Of a DNA stretch of 40,000 nt, positions 1 to 10,427 are shown piece by piece. The stretch is from Escherichia coli. Lineage in GTDB: Bacteria; Pseudomonadota; Gammaproteobacteria; Enterobacterales; Enterobacteriaceae. The notes beneath the pieces were generated by a model, which was not told where the DNA came from, did not search any database, and saw only the letters and a list, made by a program, of their open reading frames with translations. Position 1 is the first letter of the stretch, and each line of letters begins with the position of its first letter. The position numbers were made by a program, and so were the translations under genes. The stretch lies in the NCBI RefSeq assembly GCF_018884285.1, contig NZ_CP035817.1; one strand, written 5' to 3'.

Positions 1-1482
1 GGTGGCGGAATGGTTGAGCGGAAGGTGATTGAAGAGTCACTTCAGGCATTGCAGGAACGTAAGCCGCGATTATTCCATGGACGTATGGCTCGTAACGGTG
101 CGGATGCTGTCGGGTCAGATTGTGGAGGTGCAATGTCAGTATTTATCAGCGTCCATGGTATGCGTCCACGTCTGGTGTTGATTGGCGCGGGGCATGTCAA
201 CCGGGCGATAGCCCAGAGTGCGGCGCTATTAGGATTTGATATTGCCGTTGCCGATATTTATCGCGAAAGCCTCAATCCTGAACTATTCCCTCCATCAACC
301 ACGCTTCTCCATGCTGAGTCGTTTGGTGCAGCAGTGGAAGCACTGGATATTCGCCCTGATAATTTTGTCCTGATTGCCACGAATAATCAGGATCGTGAAG
401 CCCTCGACAAACTCATTGAACAGCCCATTGCATGGTTGGGGTTGCTGGCAAGTCGCCGCAAGGTTCAGCTTTTCCTGCGTCAATTGCGTGAGAAAGGCGT
501 GGCTGAAGAACATATTGCCCGTTTACATGCGCCCGTTGGTTACAACATAGGTGCGGAAACGCCGCAGGAGATCGCCATCAGCGTGTTGGCAGAAATATTA
601 CAGGTGAAAAATAACGCGCCGGGTGGGCTGATGATGAAACCTTCTCATCCTTCCGGACACCAGCTGGTGGTGATTCGCGGTGCGGGAGATATCGCCAGTG
701 GTGTGGCGCTACGTCTGTATCATGCGGGTTTTAAAGTGATCATGCTGGAAGTGGAAAAACCGACAGTGATTCGTTGTACGGTGGCGTTTGCCCAGGCCGT
801 GTTCGATGGCGAAATGACGGTCGAAGGCGTCACTGCTCGCCTGGCAACCAGCTCTGCGGAAGCGATGAAACTTACCGAACGCGGATTCATCCCTGTGATG
901 GTAGATCCCGCCTGTTCATTGCTTGATGAACTGAAACCGCTTTGCGTGGTGGACGCTATTCTGGCGAAACAGAATTTGGGAACGCGGGCAGATATGGCAC
1001 CAGTAACAATCGCGCTTGGGCCGGGCTTTACTGCAGGGAAGGATTGTCATGCGGTAATTGAAACAAATCGCGGGCACTGGCTCGGTCAGGTGATTTACTC
1101 TGGTTGTGCGCAGGAGAATACCGGTGTTCCTGGCAATATTATGGGGCATACCACCCGACGGGTGATCCGTGCTCCTGCTGCAGGCATTATGCGATCCAAC
1201 GTGAAATTAGGCGATCTGGTGAAAGAGGGCGATGTGATTGCCTGGATTGGTGAGCATGAAATTAAAGCACCGTTGACGGGGATGGTGCGTGGCTTGTTGA
1301 ACGACGGCCTGGCAGTGGTCGGTGGTTTTAAAATTGGTGATATCGATCCTCGTGGTGAAACGGCTGATTTCACCAGCGTTTCTGATAAAGCCCGGGCGAT
1401 TGGCGGCGGCGTACTTGAGGCGTTAATGATGTTGATGCATCAGGGCGTGAAAGCGACAAAAGAAGTGCTGGAAGTGGCTTAA
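1..1482 (+). CDS. yqeB: XdhC/CoxI-family, Rossmann-fold accessory protein of the selenium-dependent molybdenum hydroxylase cluster (YqeB); 5' end lies outside the window
   Basis: The frame is open from base 1, and the track ORF is 10..1482. It has a Rossmann-like LVLIGAGHVNRAIAQSAALLGFDIAVAD segment. Its position next to yqeA and the sequence match my recollection of E. coli YqeB (541 aa), so about 50 N-terminal codons are missing. Confidence 0.85.
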   Translation, partial: GGGMVERKVIEESLQALQERKPRLFHGRMARNGADAVGSDCGGAMSVFISVHGMRPRLVLIGAGHVNRAIAQSAALLGFDIAVADIYRESLNPELFPPSTTLLHAESFGAAVEALDIRPDNFVLIATNNQDREALDKLIEQPIAWLGLLASRRKVQLFLRQLREKGVAEEHIARLHAPVGYNIGAETPQEIAISVLAEILQVKNNAPGGLMMKPSHPSGHQLVVIRGAGDIASGVALRLYHAGFKVIMLEVEKPTVIRCTVAFAQAVFDGEMTVEGVTARLATSSAEAMKLTERGFIPVMVDPACSLLDELKPLCVVDAILAKQNLGTRADMAPVTIALGPGFTAGKDCHAVIETNRGHWLGQVIYSGCAQENTGVPGNIMGHTTRRVIRAPAAGIMRSNVKLGDLVKEGDVIAWIGEHEIKAPLTGMVRGLLNDGLAVVGGFKIGDIDPRGETADFTSVSDKARAIGGGVLEALMMLMHQGVKATKEVLEVA

Positions 1483-1490
1483 ATGAAAAT

Positions 1491-1516
1491 GGCCGGATGG
1501 TATTACCCACCCGGCC
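1491..1516. terminator. Hairpin between convergent yqeB and yqeA, a probable bidirectional terminator
   Basis: The arms GGCCGGATGG and CCCACCCGGCC flank a TATTA loop and pair with one mismatch. The hairpin lies in the 40-bp gap between two convergent stop codons. Confidence 0.55.
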
Positions 1517-1522
1517 TTAAAA

Positions 1523-2455
1523 TTACTGACAAATCACCGTTCCGGTTTTGCCTTCAATCCCCTCTTTCGCTTTGCTCAATACGGTAATCAGTGCTTCACG
1601 ACCTGCGCGAGAGCGAGCAAACGAGGCGGCAGCTTCCACTTTAGGCAGCATAGAACCTTTCGCAAAATGACCTTCTTCGATAAAGCGTTCAGCATCACTT
1701 AATGACAGGCGATCGAGCCACTGTTCATTCTCTTTACCGAAGTTAATGGCCACTTTTTCTACCGCAGTCAGAATGATCAGCATATCGGCATCAATCATTT
1801 CTGCTAAACGGGCGCTGGCCCAGTCTTTATCGATAACCGCGCTGGCACCACGCAGATGGTTACCTTCACGAATAACAGGAATACCACCACCGCCAACGGT
1901 GATCACCACCTGGCCTGCATCTACCAGAGCTTTAACCGTTTCTTTTTCAATAATATCAACCGGTTTTGGCGAGGCAACAACACGGCGATAGCCGCGACCA
2001 GCATCTTCTTTCAGAGTGTAACCCTGTTTTGTCAGTTGCTCTGCTTCTTGCTCGGTAAAGAACGAACCGATCGGCTTGGTCGGGTTGAGGAATGCCGGAT
2101 CGTTAGCGTCGACTTCGACCTGAGTAACCAGCGTTGCTACCGGTTTATTAATGCCCCGAGAAAGCAGTTCTTCTCTTAAGGCGTTTTGTAGATCGTAACC
2201 AATATAACCCTGGCTTAAGGCAACGCAGACAGACATCGGCAGCATTGGCGAGTGCGCTTCAGTTTTTGCAGCAGCTTCAAAGGCCTGGTTAATCATGCCC
2301 ACCTGCGGCCCGTTACCATGAGTGACGATAACTTCATGTCCTTGGGCAATTAAATCAACAATTGCCTGAGAAGTAATTTTTACCGCTTTCATTTGTCCGG
2401 CCAGGTCATCGCCCAGCGCATTCCCGCCCAGGGCGAGAACAATTTTCTTACTCAT
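1523..2455 (-). CDS. yqeA: Carbamate kinase-like protein
   Basis: 310-aa ORF with amino-acid-kinase/carbamate kinase signatures (KIVLALGGNAL, VTHGNGPQVG). Length and context match E. coli YqeA. Confidence 0.9.
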   Translation of the reverse strand: MSKKIVLALGGNALGDDLAGQMKAVKITSQAIVDLIAQGHEVIVTHGNGPQVGMINQAFEAAAKTEAHSPMLPMSVCVALSQGYIGYDLQNALREELLSRGINKPVATLVTQVEVDANDPAFLNPTKPIGSFFTEQEAEQLTKQGYTLKEDAGRGYRRVVASPKPVDIIEKETVKALVDAGQVVITVGGGGIPVIREGNHLRGASAVIDKDWASARLAEMIDADMLIILTAVEKVAINFGKENEQWLDRLSLSDAERFIEEGHFAKGSMLPKVEAAASFARSRAGREALITVLSKAKEGIEGKTGTVICQ

Positions 2456-2502
2456 TTTTCCTCACTCATCATTCTTGATTGTGTATAGATCCCTGACAGT
2501 GG

Positions 2503-3888
2503 TTAGAGCACGGGAGGGACAAACGGTTTGCGTCGCAGGAAACGACCTCGCCCGGCTTTGCCTGTAAAGGTGCCGTCACAGAAAATCGTTTCACCACGGG
2601 ATAAGGTTCTGACAATCGCGCCCTGACAGGTAAAACCCTCCCATGGCGAGTAGTCGGCGTTGTCGTGGAGATGGCGATGCTGAATTTGTTGGCTCTGACG
2701 TGGGTCGATAATCACCACGTCGCCATCGGAACCGGGCGCTAATAATCCTTTTTGCGGCCACAGGCCAAACAGCCTGGCGGGCATTGCGCTGGTTAATTCA
2801 ACAAAGCGTTCCGGTGTTATACGTCCCGTCATCACGCCACTGGAAAACAGTAACTGCATGCGGTTTTCCACACCGGGTAAGCCATTTGGGCAGCGACTGA
2901 AATCGCCTTTAGAAATTTGCAGGCGTTGAGCCATCGAGAAGGTGCAGTGATCGGTCGCCACCACGTCAATCGCACCATCGCTGATGCCACACCACAGTTT
3001 GTCCTGCTCGCGTACGTTACGCAGCGGTGGGCTAAGAATGAACTTCATGCCGTCTTCTGTATCGTAACTGCGTTCGTCCAACAGGAGATATTGTGGGCAG
3101 GTTTCAACCCAGACTGGCTGGTGATTCGCACGGGCAAGACGCAGATAATCCAGACCTAAGCCGTTAGACAGGTGCACGATATAGAGCGGGGCGTTACCGG
3201 CAATTTGTGCCAGGTTAATCATGCGGGCGATGGCTTCCGCTTCGCATTCCAGAGGGCGACTCAAGGCATGATAGCGCGGCGCGGTTAACCCTGCGGCGAT
3301 AAATTCCGCCCGCTTGCTGGCGATAGCCGCATCATTTTCCGGGTGCACGGTGGTCAGCGCGCCGGATTCATGCAGACGGCGTAATGCCTGCAAAACCTCG
3401 TCATCGTTGAGTTTGTATTGATAGGTTAAATAGAGTTTAAAACTGCTCAGTCCTTCCTCGACCATCATCGGGATTTCGTCGAGGATTGCGTGATTAATGT
3501 GCTGGATCACACCGTGAAAGCTGTAATCGATGACCGCTTTATGGGCGGCATAACCACGATAAACCTCCAGTTGATGGCGTAACCGACAGCCGTTTGGGCC
3601 AAATCCCATATGGTCAATAATGGTTGTTGTACCGCCACACGCAGCTGCGCGGGTACCGGTAAAAAAATCATCACAACTGCGCGCGATGCCGACATCAATA
3701 TTGAAATGCGTATGGACATCCACGCCGCCAGGGAAAACGTAACAGCCAGTGGCATCAATTTCTTCATACGGGAGCTGCGGCGAAATATTGTTGCCCAACT
3801 GGCGAACAATCCCGCTTTCAATCAGCAAATCCTGTTTGGCTTGTCCATCTGCGTTAACGACAGTGCCGTTTTTGATCAATACGCGCAT
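2503..3888 (-). CDS. hyuA: D-phenylhydantoinase / dihydropyrimidinase-family cyclic amidohydrolase
   Basis: The N-terminus carries the amidohydrolase metal motif GGVDVHTHF. I chose the start at ATG 3888 (MRVLIKNG..., 461 aa) because a GGAG lies about 7 nt upstream. The track ORF extends to 3900. Confidence 0.88.
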   Translation of the reverse strand: MRVLIKNGTVVNADGQAKQDLLIESGIVRQLGNNISPQLPYEEIDATGCYVFPGGVDVHTHFNIDVGIARSCDDFFTGTRAAACGGTTTIIDHMGFGPNGCRLRHQLEVYRGYAAHKAVIDYSFHGVIQHINHAILDEIPMMVEEGLSSFKLYLTYQYKLNDDEVLQALRRLHESGALTTVHPENDAAIASKRAEFIAAGLTAPRYHALSRPLECEAEAIARMINLAQIAGNAPLYIVHLSNGLGLDYLRLARANHQPVWVETCPQYLLLDERSYDTEDGMKFILSPPLRNVREQDKLWCGISDGAIDVVATDHCTFSMAQRLQISKGDFSRCPNGLPGVENRMQLLFSSGVMTGRITPERFVELTSAMPARLFGLWPQKGLLAPGSDGDVVIIDPRQSQQIQHRHLHDNADYSPWEGFTCQGAIVRTLSRGETIFCDGTFTGKAGRGRFLRRKPFVPPVL

Positions 3889-3898
3889 AGCAAACTCC

Positions 3899-3924
3899 AA
3901 AAACCCTCCGGCGAACCGGAGGGG
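3899..3924 (-). terminator. Rho-independent-type hairpin downstream of ygeY and just upstream of hyuA
   Basis: The minus strand reads CCCTCCGG-TTCG-CCGGAGGG followed by TTTTT. It sits between the ygeY stop (3941) and the hyuA start (3888). Confidence 0.5.
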
Positions 3925-3940
3925 AATAAGTGAAGAGTAA

Positions 3941-5152
3941 TTACTCTGTTGCCAGCCAGCTTAACGGGATTGCAGCGTACATCGCGGCACAGGTCACCAG
4001 GTGAGATTTCCAGGTTTTTTCGTTAGGTGCATGCGCTTCAGGTTCTTTACCCGGGCCAAAGCCGATCACCGGAATGCCGTGACGGCCCATGATAGATACG
4101 CCGTTAGTTGAGAAGGTCCACTTATCAACAACCGGCGCTTTGCCAAACAGCCCTTCGTAGGCATTCACCAGTGCTTTAACGGTGAAGTGATCTTCTTCCA
4201 CTTTCCAGGTCGGGAAGTAGCATTCGGTTGGGTAAACCAGGCCAGTCCAGGACGGACGGTCGTAGTTGTACATAGAAACAACCGCGTTAGCTTTCTGTAC
4301 TGCAGGCAGGGCGCGGATTTCGTCCAGCGCGCCTTCCCAGGTTTCGCCCCAGGTCAGACGGCGGTCAATAGAGACGGCGCAGCTATCTGCTACAGCGCAA
4401 CGGCTTGGGGATGTGAAGAAGATTTCAGAAACGGTGAGGGTGCCTTTGCCGAGGAATTCGTCATAACCCAGACGTTGGGAGAGTTCTTGTAATTCGCCAA
4501 GAATCGGACCCATTTTGAAAATGGCGTTGTCACCGCGTTCTGGCGCAGAACCGTGGCAGCTAACACCCTGAACATCAATACGAATTTCCATACGACCGCG
4601 CTGACCACGGTATATCTGGCAGTCGGTTGGTTCGGTACTGACCACAAATTCCGGGCGAATGCCGGATTGTTCAATAATGTACTGCCAGCACAGACCGTCG
4701 CAGTCTTCTTCCTGCACAGTACCGGTAACCAGCAGGGTATATTCATCTTCCAGACCGAGGTCTTTAATGATTTTACCGGCATAAACCATAGATGCCATGC
4801 CGCCTTCCTGGTCGGAAGTACCGCGACCACCGATTAGCTCATCAGTTTCCATGCCTTCGTACGGATCGAAGTCCCAGTTTTTGATGTTGCCAATGCCGAC
4901 GGTATCGATATGAGCGTCCATTGCCACCAGACGCGGGCCGTGGCCGATATAACCGAGAACGTTGCCCATCGGGTCGATTTCAACTTTATCGAAGCCGACT
5001 TTTTCCATCTCTTCTTTAATACGATGTACTACGCGTTTTTCGTCGCAGCTTTCACTGGGAATAGCAACCATGTCGCGCAGGAAGCGAGTCATGTCCGCCT
5101 GGTAATCTTTTGCTTTTTCAAGAATCAGTTTGAATGGAATATTCTTAGCCAT
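3941..5152 (-). CDS. ygeY: M20-family peptidase/deacylase (YgeY)
   Basis: 403-aa ORF. The layout is ArgE/DapE/M20-like ([16 protein letters not shown]). Length and synteny match E. coli YgeY. Confidence 0.88.
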   Translation of the reverse strand: MAKNIPFKLILEKAKDYQADMTRFLRDMVAIPSESCDEKRVVHRIKEEMEKVGFDKVEIDPMGNVLGYIGHGPRLVAMDAHIDTVGIGNIKNWDFDPYEGMETDELIGGRGTSDQEGGMASMVYAGKIIKDLGLEDEYTLLVTGTVQEEDCDGLCWQYIIEQSGIRPEFVVSTEPTDCQIYRGQRGRMEIRIDVQGVSCHGSAPERGDNAIFKMGPILGELQELSQRLGYDEFLGKGTLTVSEIFFTSPSRCAVADSCAVSIDRRLTWGETWEGALDEIRALPAVQKANAVVSMYNYDRPSWTGLVYPTECYFPTWKVEEDHFTVKALVNAYEGLFGKAPVVDKWTFSTNGVSIMGRHGIPVIGFGPGKEPEAHAPNEKTWKSHLVTCAAMYAAIPLSWLATE

Positions 5153-5209
5153 TATTTTTCTCCAGATTTTTTACTCCCCGTTTTGCAGGGAGCAGTTCCA
5201 ATAGGGTGA

Positions 5210-6406
5210 TTAAGGTGCTACAGCGTGTTTGCCTTCCCAGACAACTTCGCGGTAGTGCTTCACGTCGGTGTCGCCTTCAGTGCTGATAACCAGCACCACG
5301 GCATCTTTGTTCAGCGCCAGTTTTTCCATCAGGCTTTGACGTTGCGGGTGATAATGAACCGCTGCGAGAACGCCCAAACCGACAGCGCCGGATTCACCGG
5401 AGATGATGCGCGGGTCGTTGCCGTACGGATTACCCAGCACGCGCATACCTAATGCGGCAACGCTGTCCTGGCAGGAGATGAATTGGGTGGCGCAGTTACG
5501 TAGGATTTCCCAGCCCAGCGGGTTAGGTTCGCCACAGGCCAGGCCTGCCATGATGGTGGCCATATCACCGCCAACGTTGACGATGTCGCCTTTGACGCCG
5601 GAGCGATAAATACAGTCAGCTTTGTCAGGTTCAACAATAATGCTGTGCAGATTTTGCGGGCTATAGACGTCGACCAGATAACCCAGCACACCACCGGCCA
5701 TTGCTCCGACACCGGCTTGCAGCAGAACGTGCGTCGGGGTTACGCCCATTTCACGCATTTGCTCGACGGCTTCATCTGCCAGGGTTGCGTAGCCTTGCAT
5801 GATCCAGGTTGGGATTTTGGTGTAACCTTCCCATGCCGTGTCCTGTACCACTTCCCAGCCGTGCTGCTGCGCGTGTTGCATGGTCAGGCGAACGGTATCG
5901 TCATAGTTCATATCTGTGACGATGCACTCGGCACCGAGGTTCAGAATGGCGTCAACGCGTTCCTGAGCAGAACCTTTCGGCATGTAAATCACCGCATTCT
6001 GTCCGAGTTGCTGCGCTGCCCACGCCACACCGCGCCCGTGGTTGCCGTCGGTGGTGGTCGCGAAAGTCATTTTTTCGCCGATGGCATTTTTCAGGTGCTC
6101 AAATGACAGCGTTTCGATATCAAGATGATATTTTTCACACAATAATTGAGCGATGGCGTACGCACCGCCGAGCATTTTGAAGGCGTTCAGACCGAATCGT
6201 TTTGATTCGTCTTTGACAAGAATTTTCTTCACACCAAAAAGGTTTGCGAGATCGTCCAGCGCACAAAGCGGTGTTGGGCGATAACCAGCTATTTTCTGGT
6301 GGAACTGGCGCGCCAGTTTGGCCTGGCTTTGCGAAAAGAGCGGTGATGTTTCGCCGTTGAAAAATTTGTTATCGGCGATATCAATCTTCAATGAGAAAAC
6401 GGACAT
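5210..6406 (-). CDS. ygeX: PLP-dependent 2,3-diaminopropionate ammonia-lyase
   Basis: 398-aa ORF of the fold-type II PLP enzyme family, with a lysine-containing segment ESKRFGLNAFKMLGG. It matches E. coli YgeX/DpaL in length and context. Confidence 0.9.
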   Translation of the reverse strand: MSVFSLKIDIADNKFFNGETSPLFSQSQAKLARQFHQKIAGYRPTPLCALDDLANLFGVKKILVKDESKRFGLNAFKMLGGAYAIAQLLCEKYHLDIETLSFEHLKNAIGEKMTFATTTDGNHGRGVAWAAQQLGQNAVIYMPKGSAQERVDAILNLGAECIVTDMNYDDTVRLTMQHAQQHGWEVVQDTAWEGYTKIPTWIMQGYATLADEAVEQMREMGVTPTHVLLQAGVGAMAGGVLGYLVDVYSPQNLHSIIVEPDKADCIYRSGVKGDIVNVGGDMATIMAGLACGEPNPLGWEILRNCATQFISCQDSVAALGMRVLGNPYGNDPRIISGESGAVGLGVLAAVHYHPQRQSLMEKLALNKDAVVLVISTEGDTDVKHYREVVWEGKHAVAP

Positions 6407-6463
6407 ATCCTATCCTTTTGGCCTCTGGAAATAGAGGGCCGACCAGCTGATCGGCCCGAGGGG

Positions 6464-7654
6464 TTATTTCACGCGTTCTTGCGCTTCTTTCAGCAGTTGC
6501 TCGAGCAGTGCACCTGGTTTGGCGTATTTACGGGACAGGATCATCGCGGCGATGATATAAGGCTTCCAGCTGGCTTCTTTGTAGGTTGCGATACGGTATT
6601 TTTCGAATACGCCTTCAGTCACTTCACCTTCTTTACAGGATACGCCGCTGATATCAGCTGGCAGGCAGTGCATGTACAGGGCTTCGCCATCACGGGTCAG
6701 TTCCATCATCTCTTCAGTACAATGCCAGTCTTTGTGTTGCGCGTTCTGTGCCAGACACTGTTTTTCCAGTGCTTTTAAGCCTTCGTGATCGTTAGCGCGC
6801 AGCAATTCGGTACGCTGTTCCATCACTTTGTAAGGTGCCCATGACTTCGGATAAACGATGTCTGCATCTTTGAACGCTTCTTCCATGCTGGTGACCTGAC
6901 GGAAGCTACCGCCAGATGCTTTAGCATTGTTTTTCGCCACTTCAACCACATCCGGGATCAGGTCGTAGCCTTCCGGATGGGCCAGGGTGACATCCATACC
7001 GAAGCGAGTCATCAGACCGATGATGCCTTGTGGTACAGAGAGCGGTTTGCCATAGCTTGGAGAGTAGGCCCAGGTCATGGCGATTTTTTTACCTTTCAGG
7101 TTTTCCAGTGAACCAAAGTGTTCACGTAACCACGCGAGGTCAGCCATTGACTGAGTCGGGTGGTCAATATCGCATTGCAGGTTCACTAAAGCCGGACGCT
7201 GTGGCAGTACACCCTGCTTGTAACCGTCATCAAGTGCAGCGCCAACTTCACGCATATAGGCGTTGCCTGCGCCCAGAAACATATCGTCGCGAATACCAAT
7301 AGCGTCGGCGCAGAAGGAGATCATATTGGCGGTTTCACGCACGGTTTCGCCGTGAGCGATTTGTGATTTGCCTTCGTCGAGATCTTGTTGTGCAAGGCCG
7401 AGCAGGTTAAGCGCGGAAGCATAAGAGAAGCGGGTACGGGTGGAGTTGTCGCGGAATACGGAAATACCTAATCCACTATTAAAGACTTTGGTTGAGATGT
7501 TTTCAGCACGCAGTGCTTTTAATGCTGCGGCAACGTCCAGTACTTGTTTCAGTTCATCTGGCGTCTGTTCCCACGTTAACAAAAAATCTTTCTCGTGAAG
7601 GTGAGAGGTCAGCGAATTGATATCCTTAATCAGCTCATTAACAGTTTTCATCAT
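6464..7654 (-). CDS. ygeW: Carbamoyltransferase of the ATCase/OTCase superfamily (YgeW)
   Basis: 396-aa ORF with the carbamoyl-phosphate-binding motif STRTRFS and the HCLP motif (MHCLPA). Confidence 0.9.
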   Translation of the reverse strand: MMKTVNELIKDINSLTSHLHEKDFLLTWEQTPDELKQVLDVAAALKALRAENISTKVFNSGLGISVFRDNSTRTRFSYASALNLLGLAQQDLDEGKSQIAHGETVRETANMISFCADAIGIRDDMFLGAGNAYMREVGAALDDGYKQGVLPQRPALVNLQCDIDHPTQSMADLAWLREHFGSLENLKGKKIAMTWAYSPSYGKPLSVPQGIIGLMTRFGMDVTLAHPEGYDLIPDVVEVAKNNAKASGGSFRQVTSMEEAFKDADIVYPKSWAPYKVMEQRTELLRANDHEGLKALEKQCLAQNAQHKDWHCTEEMMELTRDGEALYMHCLPADISGVSCKEGEVTEGVFEKYRIATYKEASWKPYIIAAMILSRKYAKPGALLEQLLKEAQERVK

Positions 7655-7744
7655 AAAGTCCCGGTAGTGGAATGACAGGCAAAGTGGTTTATTTCACTGT
7701 GACTTGCCAAAGTGATTGGTGTTTTCACAGCTATACCTGGGACT

Positions 7745-7760
7745 AACAATAAGTGTGCCA
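7745..7760 (-). promoter_or_regulatory. Weak sigma54-like promoter candidate upstream of ygeW
   Basis: The minus strand reads TGGCAC-ACTTA-TTGTT, about 90 nt upstream of the ygeW ATG. The -24 GG is present, but the -12 dinucleotide is GT rather than the near-invariant GC. Confidence 0.25.
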
Positions 7761-8129
7761 GAATTATCCACGGGGCTGCAAAAGACTAATTTGACGGATA
7801 ATGTGTGGGGTTGATCACAAATTGATGCCAGCTTCCGGTTGTTTGTAAAATACGAAAACGTTTGGCTTTTTTTATCGCGTTATTTATTTGCTGCTAAGTA
7901 TCAGAAATAAGATAAAGGGACAGGCTATCTCTCTTCAGTTTGATAAACTCACCGCCGTAATTCTCATATTGATATAGAAATGTGATATCTCTTCCATAAT
8001 TTCATTAGAAAATGATAAAAATCTTATGTTTTTATCAAAGCCAATTTCGCCTGAGTTAATATCATCATGATCTGTGAACCATCAACGTCTTCAATGATCG
8101 ACTTTTAAGTAAGTCTGGAAGGTAAAGCT

Positions 8130-9908
8130 ATGGAGCTTGCTACTACGCAGTCAGTATTGATGCAAATTCAACCGACAATTCAGCGTTTTGCCAGAATGCT
8201 TGCCAGCGTTTTGCAGCTTGAGGTTGAGATCGTTGATGAAAACTTGTGTCGCGTCGCCGGAACGGGCGCGTATGGGAAGTTTCTTGGTCGCCAGTTGAGC
8301 GGCAACTCACGCCTGCTCCGCCACGTCCTGGAAACGAAAACTGAAAAAGTTGTGACACAGTCTCGCTTCGATCCCCTTTGCGAAGGTTGCGATAGTAAAG
8401 AAAATTGCCGCGAAAAAGCATTTCTGGGTACGCCTGTCATTTTACAGGATCGTTGTGTTGGGGTGATAAGTTTGATTGCCGTTACCCACGAGCAACAAGA
8501 GCATATCAGTGATAATTTACGCGAATTTTCTGATTATGTTCGCCATATATCCACCATTTTTGTTTCGAAACTTCTGGAGGATCAGGGGCCAGGAGATAAC
8601 ATCAGTAAAATATTCGCGACCATGATCGATAATATGGATCAGGGCGTATTAGTTGTTGATGATGAAAGTCGGGTTCAGTTTGTTAATCAGACTGCCTTAA
8701 AAACACTTGGTGTTGTACAAAATAATATTATTGGGAAACCTATCCGTTTCAGACCATTAACATTTGAGAGTAATTTTACTCATGGACATATGCAGCATAT
8801 TGTTTCGTGGGACGATAAAAGTGAATTAATCATTGGTCAATTGCATAACATTCAGGGCCGACAATTATTTTTAATGGCATTTCACCAATCGCATACCAGT
8901 TTTTCTGTAGCAAATGCACCTGATGAACCACATATTGAACAATTGGTTGGCGAGTGCCGTGTTATGCGGCAATTAAAACGACTCATTAGCCGTATTGCAC
9001 CCAGCCCATCCAGCGTTATGGTGGTTGGTGAAAGCGGCACGGGTAAAGAAGTCGTCGCCCGAGCAATCCATAAGTTGAGCGGAAGACGGAATAAACCCTT
9101 TATTGCTATCAACTGTGCCGCGATTCCGGAGCAGCTTCTGGAAAGCGAACTGTTCGGTTATGTTAAAGGCGCATTTACTGGCGCTTCTGCCAACGGTAAA
9201 ACAGGGTTGATTCAGGCGGCGAATACGGGCACGCTGTTTCTCGATGAAATAGGTGATATGCCATTAATGTTGCAGGCTAAATTACTGCGCGCTATTGAGG
9301 CGCGTGAAATTCTGCCGATTGGTGCCAGTAGCCCAATACAAGTCGACATTCGCATCATTTCTGCAACTAATCAGAATTTGGCCCAGTTCATTGCCGAAGG
9401 TAAATTCCGCGAAGATCTCTTCTACCGACTTAATGTTATCCCGATAACTCTGCCACCGCTGCGTGAACGTCAGGAAGATATTGAACTATTGGTGCATTAC
9501 TTTTTACATCTGCATACCCGTCGTCTGGGATCGGTTTATCCTGGCATTGCTCCCGATGTCGTCGAAATATTGCGTAAGCATCGTTGGCCCGGAAACCTGC
9601 GCGAGTTAAGCAATTTGATGGAATATCTGGTTAACGTAGTTCCTTCAGGTGAAGTTATCGACAGCACGCTATTGCCGCCAAATCTGCTGAATAATGGCAC
9701 AACGGAGCAAAGTGATGTAACAGAGGTCAGTGAGGCGCACCTGTCACTCGATGATGCGGGCGGCACGGCGCTGGAGGAGATGGAAAAGCAAATGATCCGC
9801 GAGGCGCTTTCACGTCATAACAGCAAGAAGCAAGTTGCTGATGAACTGGGCATCGGCATTGCTACGCTCTATCGCAAGATTAAGAAATATGAGTTGTTAA
9901 ACATATAA
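8130..9908 (+). CDS. ygeV: Sigma54-dependent transcriptional activator (bacterial enhancer-binding protein)
   Basis: 592-aa ORF. The AAA+ domain has Walker A GESGTGKE, the sigma54-contact motif GAFTGA (YVKGAFTGA) and a C-terminal Fis-type HTH (IGIATLYRKIKKY). Confidence 0.92.
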   Translation: MELATTQSVLMQIQPTIQRFARMLASVLQLEVEIVDENLCRVAGTGAYGKFLGRQLSGNSRLLRHVLETKTEKVVTQSRFDPLCEGCDSKENCREKAFLGTPVILQDRCVGVISLIAVTHEQQEHISDNLREFSDYVRHISTIFVSKLLEDQGPGDNISKIFATMIDNMDQGVLVVDDESRVQFVNQTALKTLGVVQNNIIGKPIRFRPLTFESNFTHGHMQHIVSWDDKSELIIGQLHNIQGRQLFLMAFHQSHTSFSVANAPDEPHIEQLVGECRVMRQLKRLISRIAPSPSSVMVVGESGTGKEVVARAIHKLSGRRNKPFIAINCAAIPEQLLESELFGYVKGAFTGASANGKTGLIQAANTGTLFLDEIGDMPLMLQAKLLRAIEAREILPIGASSPIQVDIRIISATNQNLAQFIAEGKFREDLFYRLNVIPITLPPLRERQEDIELLVHYFLHLHTRRLGSVYPGIAPDVVEILRKHRWPGNLRELSNLMEYLVNVVPSGEVIDSTLLPPNLLNNGTTEQSDVTEVSEAHLSLDDAGGTALEEMEKQMIREALSRHNSKKQVADELGIGIATLYRKIKKYELLNI

Positions 9909-9917
9909 CCTCAGTGA

Positions 9918-9941
9918 ATCCGGCCTGAATTCAGGCCGGAT
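9918..9941. terminator. Perfect 24-bp palindrome between convergent ygeV and xdhC, a probable bidirectional terminator
   Basis: ATCCGGCCTGAA|TTCAGGCCGGAT is fully self-complementary. It lies in the 39-bp gap between the two stop codons. Confidence 0.55.
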
Positions 9942-9947
9942 ATCCTT

Positions 9948-10427
9948 TTACTTCGTTTTCTCGCAATCCAGAACTGTATTTACAATCATCTGATACCCCG
10001 TGCAGCGACAAAGATTTCCCGCCAGTCCGCGACGAATTTCCGTAATGGTTAATGGCTTCTCGCGTGGTTTCGCCAGCATTGCCGTGGTAGCCATAATCAG
10101 GCCAGGCGTACAAAACCCGCACTGCACTGCGCCGGATTTCGCATAAGCCTGCTGAACATGAGAAAGTTTTCCGCCTTTCGCTTCACCTTCCAGCGTGCGG
10201 ATCTCTTTTCCTTCAGCCCAGGCGGCAAGGTATAAGCAACTGTCTATTGCTGTGCCGTCGACCAACACCGTACAGGCACCACATTCACCCACGCAGCACC
10301 CTTGTTTGACACTTAGCAGTCCTTGTTCGCGGAGTAATTCCGAGAGCGGCGTGCCTGGTGCGGCGTGAAGCTGAAAAGGCATCCCGTTAATGGTGCATTC
10401 GATGGTAATTGTTTCGCTGTGATTCAT
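9948..10427 (-). CDS. xdhC: Xanthine dehydrogenase [2Fe-2S] iron-sulfur subunit
   Basis: 159-aa ORF with two [2Fe-2S] cysteine clusters ([11 protein letters not shown]; CGFCTPG ... CRCTGY). It overlaps the xdhB stop by 4 nt. Confidence 0.92.

Noticed and set aside
9918-9941. The 24-bp perfect palindrome as a REP/BIME element or a mobile-element end.
   Set aside because: It is a single copy lying exactly between two convergent stop codons. A shared terminator hairpin explains it adequately.
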